DNA from: an uncultured delta proteobacterium
GTDB lineage: Bacteria; Myxococcota; UBA727; VGSZ01
Direction of reading: 5' to 3'
DNA length: 64,000 nucleotides
NCBI GenBank assembly: GCA_963775425.1
Contig: CAVZJB010000007.1
Span: forward strand, 64,001 to 128,000
The position numbers and the translations under genes are program-made. Positions 47,850 to 56,794 of the stretch are shown here, piece after piece (within the stretch, counting starts at the first letter, position 1; each line of letters starts with the position of its first letter). The notes below the pieces were generated by a model. The model saw only the letters and a program-made list of their open reading frames with translations. It was not told the origin of the DNA and did no database searches.

Positions 47850-47919
47850 GGGGTGGACGCCCTCGGACGCCGACGCTGCCGGCCGTTTGAGCGGCGCGCA
47901 ATCGGGATACTCTCGTCCG

Positions 47920-48840
47920 GTGACCTCCCTGCCCGAGCTGCTCCGCGACGCCCGCGCGCGCTTCGCCCCCGAATACGAGGGGGGCCTCACCAACCACCTG
48001 CCCATGTGCCTGGTGGCGCTCCACCGCCTCGGCGCCCCCGAGGACCGCCTCGCTGCGTTCGCGGCCGCCTATGGCGCGCGCCTCGCGCCGGCGGCCCCCT
48101 GGCCGCGGGCGCTCGCGTTCGCCCATGAGGTGGGCGCCGAGGGCATCGACGGCGCGCTGCGCCGACACCTGCGGTCCCTCCTGCCGGGGCTGGCCGGCGC
48201 CGCGTTCCACGGCGTCATCCGCGTCGCATACGGCGCGCTGGCCAAGGACGACGACGAGGTGGCCACCGGCCTCGCGTACCTCGAGGACAACGCGTTGGTG
48301 CTCGAGGAGGGCTCAGGCCCGGCGGGGAGGGAGAGCGACGTCGGCGCGCTCGCGGAGCGACTGCGGGGCATCCCGAAGCCCGCGGGGCGCACCATCACGG
48401 AGCGCCTGAACGTCGTCGCCGCCGACCCGCGCTTTCAAGAGGCCGTGGGCGAGCTCGCCGTCGACAAGAGCACCCTGAGCCAGGTCTCCGGCCTCGGCGC
48501 GCGCTGGTATCTGAGCGCCGACGACTTCGCCTCGCTCCACGTGCTCACCGGCGCGCACGCCGTGCGCCTCCTGCGCCCCTGGACCCAAGACGAGCGCGCC
48601 GCCGACCGCGCGCTGGCGGTGGCGGCGCTCGCGTGCTTCGTCGTGTCCGGCTGCCCTCCCCGCGTCGACGCCCGCGGCCTGGCGCACGCAGACGACAAGG
48701 AGATCAAGGCGCGCGCGACGGCGTCCGACGACGACCACCTCGCCAAGCTGGCGCTCTCCTGCCTCGACGAGGAGGCCGCGTGCGACGACCGCATCTATCG
48801 CATCGTCGCCACCCGGGCCGCGCGCCGCGGCAACGCCTGA
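47920..48840 (+). CDS. Questin oxidase family (DUF4243) protein
   Basis: TNHLPM.L.AL..LGA, AAFHGVIR.AYG, DF..LH.LTG.HA, DDH..KL. Confidence 0.75.
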   Translation: MTSLPELLRDARARFAPEYEGGLTNHLPMCLVALHRLGAPEDRLAAFAAAYGARLAPAAPWPRALAFAHEVGAEGIDGALRRHLRSLLPGLAGAAFHGVIRVAYGALAKDDDEVATGLAYLEDNALVLEEGSGPAGRESDVGALAERLRGIPKPAGRTITERLNVVAADPRFQEAVGELAVDKSTLSQVSGLGARWYLSADDFASLHVLTGAHAVRLLRPWTQDERAADRALAVAALACFVVSGCPPRVDARGLAHADDKEIKARATASDDDHLAKLALSCLDEEAACDDRIYRIVATRAARRGNA

Positions 48841-48846
48841 GGCGAT

Positions 48847-49257
48847 TCAGTCGGGGAGCCAGTGCGGGCCCTCGCCTTCGTGCACCAGCTCCATGGCCAG
48901 CGTGTACATGACGACGCCGATCAAGGTGAAGAGCGCCTGCTGGATGCTCAACGGCCCGATGAAGATCATCTGTGCGGCGACCCACAGGACCAGGCATCCG
49001 CCGGCGAGCGCCGACAGCGTCGTCGCCAGGTGCATGTGCTTCACCATCTCCCACGCGGCCGCCAACTGCAGCACGCCGAGAGCGGAGAGGACCACGCCCG
49101 GCCACAGGAAGGTCTTGAAGACGCCTCCCATCGCAGCGACGTCGAGGCGCAAGAGGCTCCCGTCGGTGCGGACGAGGAGCGCGATGCCGCCCAGCAGGGC
49201 GAGGGTGCCCACGAGCAGCTCGAGGGCGACGAGGGTTCGGCGGATGATCGTGTGCAT
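48847..49257 (-). CDS. Four-TM membrane protein (paralog of 49373..49885)
   Basis: LELLVG.LA..GGIAL..., C-terminal HEGEGPHW. Confidence 0.75.
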   Translation of the reverse strand: MHTIIRRTLVALELLVGTLALLGGIALLVRTDGSLLRLDVAAMGGVFKTFLWPGVVLSALGVLQLAAAWEMVKHMHLATTLSALAGGCLVLWVAAQMIFIGPLSIQQALFTLIGVVMYTLAMELVHEGEGPHWLPD

Positions 49258-49372
49258 GGCGACACGACAATCCACGTGTCGTGCCACCGCCTCTCCCGCG
49301 CTTTGTCGCAGACCGCCGCGATCGCGCCGTGCGGCGGGGGGCGCTTTTGCCCAACTCCGCGGGGAAAAACGC

Positions 49373-49885
49373 TCATGCGCGCCGGCGGCCAAAGAGCTGC
49401 AGGACGCGGAAGCTGTCGGAGCGGCGGTACGCGGGTGGCATGTCGCGGGCGTTCTTCAGGTCCAAATCCTCGAAGCCCTCCTCCATGCCAAGGTGCGGGC
49501 CCTCCCCCTCCCGCCACAGCTCGGTGGCCAGGTAGAACACCACCGTCCCGATGGCGAAGAACATGGGCTGCGTCCAGTTGTCGAAGCCCTCCACCGCCAC
49601 CTGCACCGAGATCCACAAGACCAGCGCGCCGGCGGCGACGGCGGACAAGACGTGGTCCCACATGAAGCGCCGCCACGTCATGAGCGCGGCCGCCAGGTTC
49701 AACAGACCCATGGCTACGAGGCTGATGCCCGGCACGAGGAAGCTCTCGAACACCTGGTGCAGCATGGAGACGTCGAAGCCGAGCACGGTGCCGTTCGGTC
49801 GCGCGATCAGCGCGACGCCGCCGGCGACGGCGAGCACGCCGACGATGAGCTCGAGAACGATGATGATGCGCCTCGCCGTGAGCAT
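49373..49885 (-). CDS. Four-TM membrane protein (paralog of 48847..49257)
   Basis: LELIVGVLAVAGGVAL..., REGEGPHL; GGAGG SD. Confidence 0.75.
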   Translation of the reverse strand: MLTARRIIIVLELIVGVLAVAGGVALIARPNGTVLGFDVSMLHQVFESFLVPGISLVAMGLLNLAAALMTWRRFMWDHVLSAVAAGALVLWISVQVAVEGFDNWTQPMFFAIGTVVFYLATELWREGEGPHLGMEEGFEDLDLKNARDMPPAYRRSDSFRVLQLFGRRRA

Positions 49886-49908
49886 GGGACCTCCACCGCC
49901 CACGACCC

Positions 49909-49924
49909 TGCTTCGCGCGTGCCA
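49909..49924 (-). promoter_or_regulatory. sigma54-like promoter
   Basis: TGGCACG-cgcg-AAGCA (GG-N10-GC) 24 nt before ATG 49885. Confidence 0.5.
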
Positions 49925-49961
49925 GCGTCGTTCGTTCCGCCGCGAATGTCGCCACGCCGGC

Positions 49962-50735
49962 TCAGCCGGAGGCGCCGGTGTAGCTCTTCAGCGAGAAGCG
50001 CCAGAACGCGCGGCCGGCGACGAGCATGAGCGCGGCGAGCGCGACGCCGCCGACGAAGAACGCGGGGCGGCCGCGGCCGAGGAGCACCTCGGCGGGGACC
50101 GTGGTGAGGAACGCGACGGGGACCACGAAGGTGAACACGAAGCGGTACGCCGCGGGGTACGCGGCCATGGGGAAGCGGCCGGCGTCGAGGAGCCCGCGCA
50201 GCACCTCGGTGGCGTTGTAGATCTTCACGAACCAGATGCTGGTGGTGGCCACCATGAACCACAGCCCGTACAGGATGAGCACGCCGGCCACGAGCGGCAC
50301 CGCCGTGAGCATCACGTCGACGAGGTGCGCGTGGCTGCGGACGGCGCCGATGGCGACGATGGCGACGCCGAACAGCACGTCGGGGAGCCCCCAGGGGGAC
50401 AACACGCGCACGCTCACCTGAAGCTGCGCGTCCACGGGCTTGAGCAGCACGAAGTCGAGCGTGCCCTCCTCCACGTGGGCCACGATGCGCGACAGGTTGG
50501 GTGACAAGATCGTGGCGACGAGGCCGGTGAACAGGGTGAAGAGCCCGAGCACCACGAGCCCCTGCTCGAAGGTCCAGCCGGGGAAGCCGCCGCCGCCGCG
50601 GTAGAAGAGGGTGAGGGAGAAGACGCTGCCGCCGATGTTGCCGAGGCTCGACAGTCCGGCGACGACGAAGTTGCCCCGGTACTCGAGCTCGGCGTCGAGG
50701 GAGGCCTTCCAGAAGGTGAGCACCACCTTGAGCAT
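49962..50735 (-). CDS. ABC-2 family permease (DUF990 type)
   Basis: LEYRGNF, G.LDF.LLKP.D.Q, FVVPVAF..TVPA. Confidence 0.9.
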   Translation of the reverse strand: MLKVVLTFWKASLDAELEYRGNFVVAGLSSLGNIGGSVFSLTLFYRGGGGFPGWTFEQGLVVLGLFTLFTGLVATILSPNLSRIVAHVEEGTLDFVLLKPVDAQLQVSVRVLSPWGLPDVLFGVAIVAIGAVRSHAHLVDVMLTAVPLVAGVLILYGLWFMVATTSIWFVKIYNATEVLRGLLDAGRFPMAAYPAAYRFVFTFVVPVAFLTTVPAEVLLGRGRPAFFVGGVALAALMLVAGRAFWRFSLKSYTGASG

Positions 50736-51514
50736 CAGGCGCCTTGCGCCGAGAAGCGCTTGAGCCCGCGCACCCAGACGATGCGATTGACGACGAAGAT
50801 CGCGATGAACCAGGCCCCGCACACGAGCGCGGCGCGGGGGATGTCGATGTCGGCGCCGCCGACCACGAGGCGCGCGGGGACCCAGATGAGGTAGGGGAAC
50901 GGCGTGAGCATCACGATGTCCTTCACGGCCGGCGGAAAGACGTCGAGGGGCGCCACGGCGCCCGAGAGGAACATGTAGACGATGAACATGAGGCTCTCGA
51001 CGTTGCTGGCGCGCTCCGTCCAGAAGCTCAAGAGCGCGAGCGTGTACTGCAGCATGAAGCGCAGCGCGAACGCGACGACGCAGAAGGCGCCGGCGATGAG
51101 CGCGCTCTTGTACCCGGGCACGAAGAACGCCGGCGGGTAGATGACGAAGAAGCCCACCACGATGAGCGCGGAGAACGGCAGGCGCGCGAGGCGCTCGCTG
51201 ACGTGGCTGGCGACGTAGCGCCAGGCGGGGTCGATGGGTGTCAGCAGGTAGTGCGCGAGCCGGCCTCGCTGCATGTCCTCCTCGACCTGCCAGATGACCC
51301 ACACCACCGTGAGCTGGCGGACGACGAAGACGGCGAGGAAGTAGCGCACGACGTCGAGCGGCTGCACGCTGAAGGAGCCGCGCGAGGTGGCCTCGTACCA
51401 GGCGCCCATGAGGATGAACGACAGCGAGTTGGCCAGCGCCCACAGGATGAGCTCGGCCCGGAACTCCACCATCATGGCGTAATAGACGCTGAGGATGACG
51501 CGCACGCGGTGCAT
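50735..51514 (-). CDS. ABC-2 family permease (DUF990 type)
   Basis: EFRAEL, G.LA.YLL.P, FLSGA..PL.VFP, TPFPY. Confidence 0.9.
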   Translation of the reverse strand: MHRVRVILSVYYAMMVEFRAELILWALANSLSFILMGAWYEATSRGSFSVQPLDVVRYFLAVFVVRQLTVVWVIWQVEEDMQRGRLAHYLLTPIDPAWRYVASHVSERLARLPFSALIVVGFFVIYPPAFFVPGYKSALIAGAFCVVAFALRFMLQYTLALLSFWTERASNVESLMFIVYMFLSGAVAPLDVFPPAVKDIVMLTPFPYLIWVPARLVVGGADIDIPRAALVCGAWFIAIFVVNRIVWVRGLKRFSAQGA

Positions 51515-52548
51515 CACGTCGCTCCCTTGAGCACCCGCCCGATGACCTCTTCGATGGGCGGGTCCTGGACCGCGAAGTCGACGACGTCGAGCTCGGCGAG
51601 CACGCGGTTCACGGTGGACACGAGCGCGTCCGGCTCGACCGCGATGCGGGCGGTGTGGCCGTCCTGCGCGAGCACCTCGCCGTAGGACGCGAGCTTGGCG
51701 GCGTCCGCGGGCGTGCGCATCTGGACGCGCACCTCGCGGCGCGGGGCGAGGCGGTGCAAGAGCGCGTCGAGGCCGCCGTCGTGCAACAGCGTGCCCTCGT
51801 GGATGACGAGGACGCGCGGGCAGAGGGCGACGATGTCCGCCATGTAATGGCTGGTCATCAGGATGGTGGCGCCTTTGGTCTCGTTGTAGCGGCGGAGGAA
51901 CGAGCGCACCGCCACCTGGGCGTTGATGTCGAGGCCGAGCGTGGGCTCATCGAGGAAGAGCACCTTGGGCTCGTGCAGCAGCGCGGCGAGCAGCTCGGCC
52001 TTCATGCGCTCGCCGAGGGAGAGCTTGCGCACGGGCTGGGTGAGCTTGCCCTCGAGCTCGAGCATCTCCGACAGCTCGGCCACGCGCGCCTTGGCGTCCG
52101 CGTCGGAGATGCCGTAGATGGCCGCGTTCATGCGAAGCGTGTCGGCGGCCGGCAGGTCCCACATGAGCTGCTGCTTGTTGCCCATCACGAGCGTGATGTT
52201 CTTCAAGAACGCCCGCTCGCGCCGAAACGGGGTGTGCCCGTCGACGACGGCGCTGCCGCCCGTGGGGTGCAGCAGGCCCGTGAGCATCTTGAGCGTGGTG
52301 GTCTTGCCCGCGCCGTTGGCGCCGAGGAAGCCGACGACCTCGCCGGGCGCGATGCGGAAGGAGACCCCCTTCACGGCCTCGATGGTCCGGTAGCGCCGCG
52401 CCACGAGGTGCCGCAGCGTGCCGGTGAAGCCGGGCTCCTTCTGCGCGACGCGAAAGCTCTTCTCGAGGTGATCGGCGACGACGATCGCCTCCCGCGCCTC
52501 CCGCGCCTCGCCCGCGCCCGCGCCCGCGCCCGCGCCGGTGTCCGTCAT
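51514..52548 (-). CDS. ABC transporter ATP-binding protein
   Basis: GANGAGKTT, LSLGERMK, LFLDEPTLGLD, TSH. Confidence 0.95.
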   Translation of the reverse strand: MTDTGAGAGAGAGEAREAREAIVVADHLEKSFRVAQKEPGFTGTLRHLVARRYRTIEAVKGVSFRIAPGEVVGFLGANGAGKTTTLKMLTGLLHPTGGSAVVDGHTPFRRERAFLKNITLVMGNKQQLMWDLPAADTLRMNAAIYGISDADAKARVAELSEMLELEGKLTQPVRKLSLGERMKAELLAALLHEPKVLFLDEPTLGLDINAQVAVRSFLRRYNETKGATILMTSHYMADIVALCPRVLVIHEGTLLHDGGLDALLHRLAPRREVRVQMRTPADAAKLASYGEVLAQDGHTARIAVEPDALVSTVNRVLAELDVVDFAVQDPPIEEVIGRVLKGAT

Positions 52549-52684
52549 GCGGCGGACGCTGCCGCGTTGCCGTGTGCATGTCGAGCGGCGGCGCGCTAAC
52601 GTCGACGGCACGATGCGGTCGCGCGCGGACCCGCCCCTCCTGCACCGGCCCCCTGCGGCGGATGGCGTATGCGCCGCCGGCCCC

Positions 52685-53929
52685 ATGCTCGCCGTCTTCA
52701 CCGTGCTCACCGTCGTGGCCCTCGCGCCGGGCGCGTGCGACTGCGGCGCGCCCGTCGACGGGCCGCCGCCGCCCATCGGGGCCGGCACGCCCATCGGCCC
52801 GCCCGACGCCGGCGACATCTACGAGGTCGACGCGGGCCCCAAGGTCTGCGACGAGGACGCCTTCGAGGACAACGACGCCCGCGCCGACGCCGCGCCCGTG
52901 ACGGGCGCCGACCCCGTGGAGGGCCGCTGCTGCGGCGGCGACGACGACTGGTTCTCCGTCGAGAGCCACCCCGGCTGCGACGTCGACGCGCGCATGTCGG
53001 AGGGGGACGGCGGCGACGTCGACCTCCTGCTGTTCGACCCCGACGGGCAGCTCGTCGGCTCCTCGGGCACCGCGGCCGGCGACGAGGCCATCCACGTGCC
53101 GACACAGACGGACGGCGCGTACGCGCTGCGCCTGCGCTGCGGCAGCCGCGACGACGTCGCCTATCAGCTCACGCTCACCTCCACCTGCGCCGCGGACCTG
53201 GTCTGTCCCGCCGACGATCCCCTCGAGGACAACGACAGCGCCGCGCAGCCCGCCGGCCTCGACGAGGGCGTGACCACGCAGGGCATCCTGTGCGGCCCCG
53301 ACGAGGACTGGTTCCAGAGCCCGGTGTCCCTCGGCTGCATCGCCGACGCCCGCCTCGACTTCAGCGACGCCCAGGGCGACATCGACCTCGAGCTGTACGC
53401 CGGAGACGGCGTCACGCGCATCGCGACCTCGAACGGCACCGGCGACGAGGAGCGCCTGCTGAAGGTGGTCACCCAGGGTGGCATGCGCTACCGCGCGTTC
53501 CTGTTCAACGCGGCCGCCGACGAACAGAACACCTACCGCTTCATCGTGAAGCAGATCTGCTCGGGCGAGCTCGCCTGCCCGAGCGATGATCCCTTCGAGC
53601 CCAACGACGCCCGCGCCGACGCCGTGGCATTGTTCGCCGCGGACGACGAGGCCGTCGGCGTCATCTGCAACAACGACGACTTCTACAGCCTCGCCCCGCA
53701 GTCGGGTTGCACGGTGCACGCCACGCTGTCCCTGGTGTCGGCCGAGGGCGACCTCGACCTCGAGCTGCAGAAGGCGGACGGCAGCCGCATCGACATCTCG
53801 CAAGGCACGGGCGACACCGAGAGCATCGACTTCACCTCGCCCGACGGCGCCCGCGTGGTGTTGCGCGTGCTCGGCTTCAACGCCGCCAGCAACCACTACC
53901 GGCTGCACGTGTCGCAGGACTGCCCGTGA
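52685..53929 (+). CDS. Secreted/lipoprotein with three pre-peptidase C-terminal (PPC)-like repeats
   Basis: GACDCG lipobox-like; three repeats of D.(F/L)E.ND...A...G..C...D.D(W/F)...D.DL.L. Confidence 0.78.
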   Translation: MLAVFTVLTVVALAPGACDCGAPVDGPPPPIGAGTPIGPPDAGDIYEVDAGPKVCDEDAFEDNDARADAAPVTGADPVEGRCCGGDDDWFSVESHPGCDVDARMSEGDGGDVDLLLFDPDGQLVGSSGTAAGDEAIHVPTQTDGAYALRLRCGSRDDVAYQLTLTSTCAADLVCPADDPLEDNDSAAQPAGLDEGVTTQGILCGPDEDWFQSPVSLGCIADARLDFSDAQGDIDLELYAGDGVTRIATSNGTGDEERLLKVVTQGGMRYRAFLFNAAADEQNTYRFIVKQICSGELACPSDDPFEPNDARADAVALFAADDEAVGVICNNDDFYSLAPQSGCTVHATLSLVSAEGDLDLELQKADGSRIDISQGTGDTESIDFTSPDGARVVLRVLGFNAASNHYRLHVSQDCP

Positions 53930-54792
53930 CGACGCCACCGCCCGTCGACGGCGTCGACAGCGTCGACGCTGTCCGCCGCGCCGCCGCCGCCATCGCTGCG
54001 GCCAAGGGGCTGCTCGTCACCGCCGGCGCCGGCATGGGCGTCGACTCCGGCCTCCCCGACTTCCGCGGCGACGCCGGCTTCTGGCGCGCGTACCCGCCGT
54101 ACGAAAAGCTCGGCCTCGCCTTCGAGGACCTCGCCAACCCGCGCTGGTTCAAGGACGACCCGGCCCTCGCGTGGGGCTTTTACGGCCACCGCCTGAACCT
54201 CTACCGGCGGACCGCGCCGCACGCGGGCTTCGCCGTCCTGCGGGACCTCGGCGCGCGCATGGAGCGGGGCGCGTTCGTGTTCACGTCCAACGTCGACGGC
54301 CAGTTCCACAAGGCGGGCTTTTCGCGCGTGTGCGAGGTGCACGGCGCCATCGAGACGTTCCAGTGCACGAGGCGGGGCTGCCGCGGGCTGTGGGACGCGC
54401 CGCCCGGGGACATCGACGTCGACGAGGCCACGCTGCGCGCGCGCGCGCCGCTGCCGAAGTGCCCGCGCTGCGGCGCGCTCGCGCGGCCGAACATCCTGAT
54501 GTTCGACGACTGGGGCTTCGACGAGACGCGCAGCGCAGCGCAGCAGGAGGCGCTGGCGGCGTGGCTCGAGCGCGCGCCGGAGCTGGTGATCGTCGAGTGC
54601 GGCGCGGGCACGGCGCTGCCGACGGTGCGCCGCTTCGGCGAGCAGCTCGTGAAGGCGGGCGCCGTGCTCGTGCGCATCAACGTCCGCGAGGCGGAGCCCG
54701 CGCCCCACGTCGAGCAGACGCGCCAGATCGGCCTCCCGCTCGGCGCGCGCGCGGCGCTCGAGCGGATCGCCGCGCACCTCGCCGCACCTTGA
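53926..54792 (+). CDS. Sir2-family NAD-dependent deacylase
   Basis: TAGAGMGVDSGLPDFRG, TSNVDGQF, HG, Zn-binding Cys pairs, RPNILMF, ECGAG, RIN. Confidence 0.92.
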   Translation: MTTPPPVDGVDSVDAVRRAAAAIAAAKGLLVTAGAGMGVDSGLPDFRGDAGFWRAYPPYEKLGLAFEDLANPRWFKDDPALAWGFYGHRLNLYRRTAPHAGFAVLRDLGARMERGAFVFTSNVDGQFHKAGFSRVCEVHGAIETFQCTRRGCRGLWDAPPGDIDVDEATLRARAPLPKCPRCGALARPNILMFDDWGFDETRSAAQQEALAAWLERAPELVIVECGAGTALPTVRRFGEQLVKAGAVLVRINVREAEPAPHVEQTRQIGLPLGARAALERIAAHLAAP

Positions 54793-54851
54793 CGCACCTC
54801 TCCCGGTCGGCGGGCCGAGGCGCGCCGCCTGTTGACGGGTAGAATGACGTG

Positions 54852-55535
54852 ATGGTTGCGGATCCGGCGGCGATCGCACTCGAGCTCGCGGAGGCGCGGG
54901 CGGCGCACGCCAGCCTCGCGAAGCAGGTGACGAGCCGCATGCGCGAGCTCGACGAGCAGTGGCGTCAAGCCAAGCCCGCCGATCGCCTGCTCGCCGTGCA
55001 GCGGCTCCTGCAGACGGGGGCGCTGTCGCAGGCGCACACGGAGCTGCTCGAGGCGAAGAACGAGCGCGTCCGCACGTTGATGGGCCGGGCGCGCACGGAT
55101 CGAAAGAAGCTCGATCAGCTCCAAAGAGAGGGAGCGGTCACGCACGAGCTGCAGCACAACCTGTTTCGCCTCGAGCTCGACGCGCAGCGCGCGGAGCAGG
55201 ACCGCGACGAGGCCATCGACCAGTGCGACCTGCGCGGCCCGCTCTACTTCTGCGGCGAGACCTTCGTGCGCAACGCGCCGTTCGCCGCGGGGCAGCTCCC
55301 GCTCAAGGAGATGGCGGCCAAGCTGCAGGGCCTGGAGCAGCAGATCGGCGACCTCGAGAAGCTCGATCGCAAGGGCGTCCGCTTCACCAAGACGCTCCCC
55401 GACGGACGCGAGGCCACGCTCATCCGCATGCTGCCCGCGCTCACGCAGGAGGGCGAGCCCGCCCTCGACAGCGTCACCGACGACGAGCTCCCGCCGCCGG
55501 CGCCGGGCTTCGACGACCCCACCACCGTCGGCTGA
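54852..55535 (+). CDS. Coiled-coil hypothetical protein
   Basis: Heptad-rich sequence, typical codon usage, TAGAAT 6 nt upstream. Confidence 0.65.
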   Translation: MVADPAAIALELAEARAAHASLAKQVTSRMRELDEQWRQAKPADRLLAVQRLLQTGALSQAHTELLEAKNERVRTLMGRARTDRKKLDQLQREGAVTHELQHNLFRLELDAQRAEQDRDEAIDQCDLRGPLYFCGETFVRNAPFAAGQLPLKEMAAKLQGLEQQIGDLEKLDRKGVRFTKTLPDGREATLIRMLPALTQEGEPALDSVTDDELPPPAPGFDDPTTVG

Positions 55536-55563
55536 CCCTCGTCGTGCTCGGGACCGCCCGTGG

Positions 55564-56697
55564 TCACAGCGTCTCGAGGAACGCCGCGAGGGCCGCGCGC
55601 GCCGGGTCCTCGTCCTCGTCCCACCAGCTCAATTCGACGCCCGCGCCGTCGTCGAGGCGGCGCACCACGGTGGCCGCGGCGACGAGCCGCCCGCGGCCGG
55701 GCAGCGCGAAGGCGAGCTCGAGGACGGCGCCGGGCGGCGGCGGCGTGCGCCCGTCGGCGAACGACAGGAACGCGCCGCCGAGGCTGAGGTTGCGCGTGAC
55801 GCCGTGGGCCGTCGCGCGCCCGCCGCCCCACGCCACCTCGACGGGGACCTCGGCGTCCTTGCGCGGGTGCTTGCGCTCCGCGTGGTACGGCGGCTGAAGC
55901 TCGTCGACGACGGCGACCGGCTCGCCGCTCGGCCGGGTCATCTCGAAGAGCTGCCGCGCCTGCGGCGCGAGGAAGCCGTCGAAGCCGCGGTGGCGCTCGG
56001 CGATCTCGAAGTAGGCGTACGGCATGGTGCGCACCGAGCCGTCGTCGAGGATCACCGGGCACAGCGCCGCGTGCGTGGCGGTCTGCCGCAGGTCCCCGCC
56101 CGGCGCGCCCTCGATGTCCCGCTTCATCGGCACGCCGGCCTGCAGGAGCTTGAGCTGCCACAGCTCCACGTCGTCGACGGCGGCGGTGAAGTGGTTGACC
56201 TTCCGACCGAACGCCAGCAGCCACGCGCCGTACTGCGAGCTCTTCGCCAGCAGATCGACCCTGGCGCCGGAGACCGCGCGCGGGGCGCAGAACCACGCCG
56301 CGAGCGCGTCGATGTCGTCGGGGGCGGGCTCGACGACGGCGGCGTCGGCGAGCGCGCGGCGCGCGTCCTGCGGCAGGTGCTCGCTCAAAAGCTCGCTGAT
56401 GAACACGCGCGGAAAACCGTCGCGCTTGAGATACACGGCGCGCAGGTGGACGTCGGCGAAGTCGTAGCTGCCGCCGAGGGACCAGCCTTGCCGCTCGAAC
56501 ACCGTGGCGAAGCCGGCGATGCCCGGGCCCGGCGCCGCCAGCGTGCGCAGCGCGATGTGGTCGTTGTGCACCGGGCCTTCGTGCAGCCGGGCGAAGCGCG
56601 CGGCCCACGGGACGTCGACGACGTAGCGCGCCCACAGCCGATCGAGCAGCGGGTGGCTCGGCAGCGGCGCCGGCGCCGCACGCGCGAAGATGCTCAC
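55564..56697 (-). CDS. DUF1338 (HglS-like 2-oxoadipate dioxygenase/decarboxylase) fused to a C-terminal PilZ domain
   Basis: NDHIALRT, VNHFT, LRQTA, YFEIAER, GF...QA..LFEMT, then in frame ERKHPR and NLSLGG; GGAGGGAGG SD. Confidence 0.82.
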   Translation of the reverse strand: MSIFARAAPAPLPSHPLLDRLWARYVVDVPWAARFARLHEGPVHNDHIALRTLAAPGPGIAGFATVFERQGWSLGGSYDFADVHLRAVYLKRDGFPRVFISELLSEHLPQDARRALADAAVVEPAPDDIDALAAWFCAPRAVSGARVDLLAKSSQYGAWLLAFGRKVNHFTAAVDDVELWQLKLLQAGVPMKRDIEGAPGGDLRQTATHAALCPVILDDGSVRTMPYAYFEIAERHRGFDGFLAPQARQLFEMTRPSGEPVAVVDELQPPYHAERKHPRKDAEVPVEVAWGGGRATAHGVTRNLSLGGAFLSFADGRTPPPPGAVLELAFALPGRGRLVAAATVVRRLDDGAGVELSWWDEDEDPARAALAAFLETL

Positions 56698-56794
56698 CTT
56701 CGCCCTCCCTCCCGGGGCGCGCACCCGGTCACGGCGGCGCACCGCAGTGCGCCTGCCACGGCGGGACACAGGCCCCCGCGGCGCGCGTGGCGTC

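Noticed and set aside
53926-54792. Sir2 as an anti-phage NADase (Thoeris, DSR, Sir2-HerA)
   Set aside because: It has housekeeping deacylase motifs with a Zn module, no fused effector domain and no defence neighbours.
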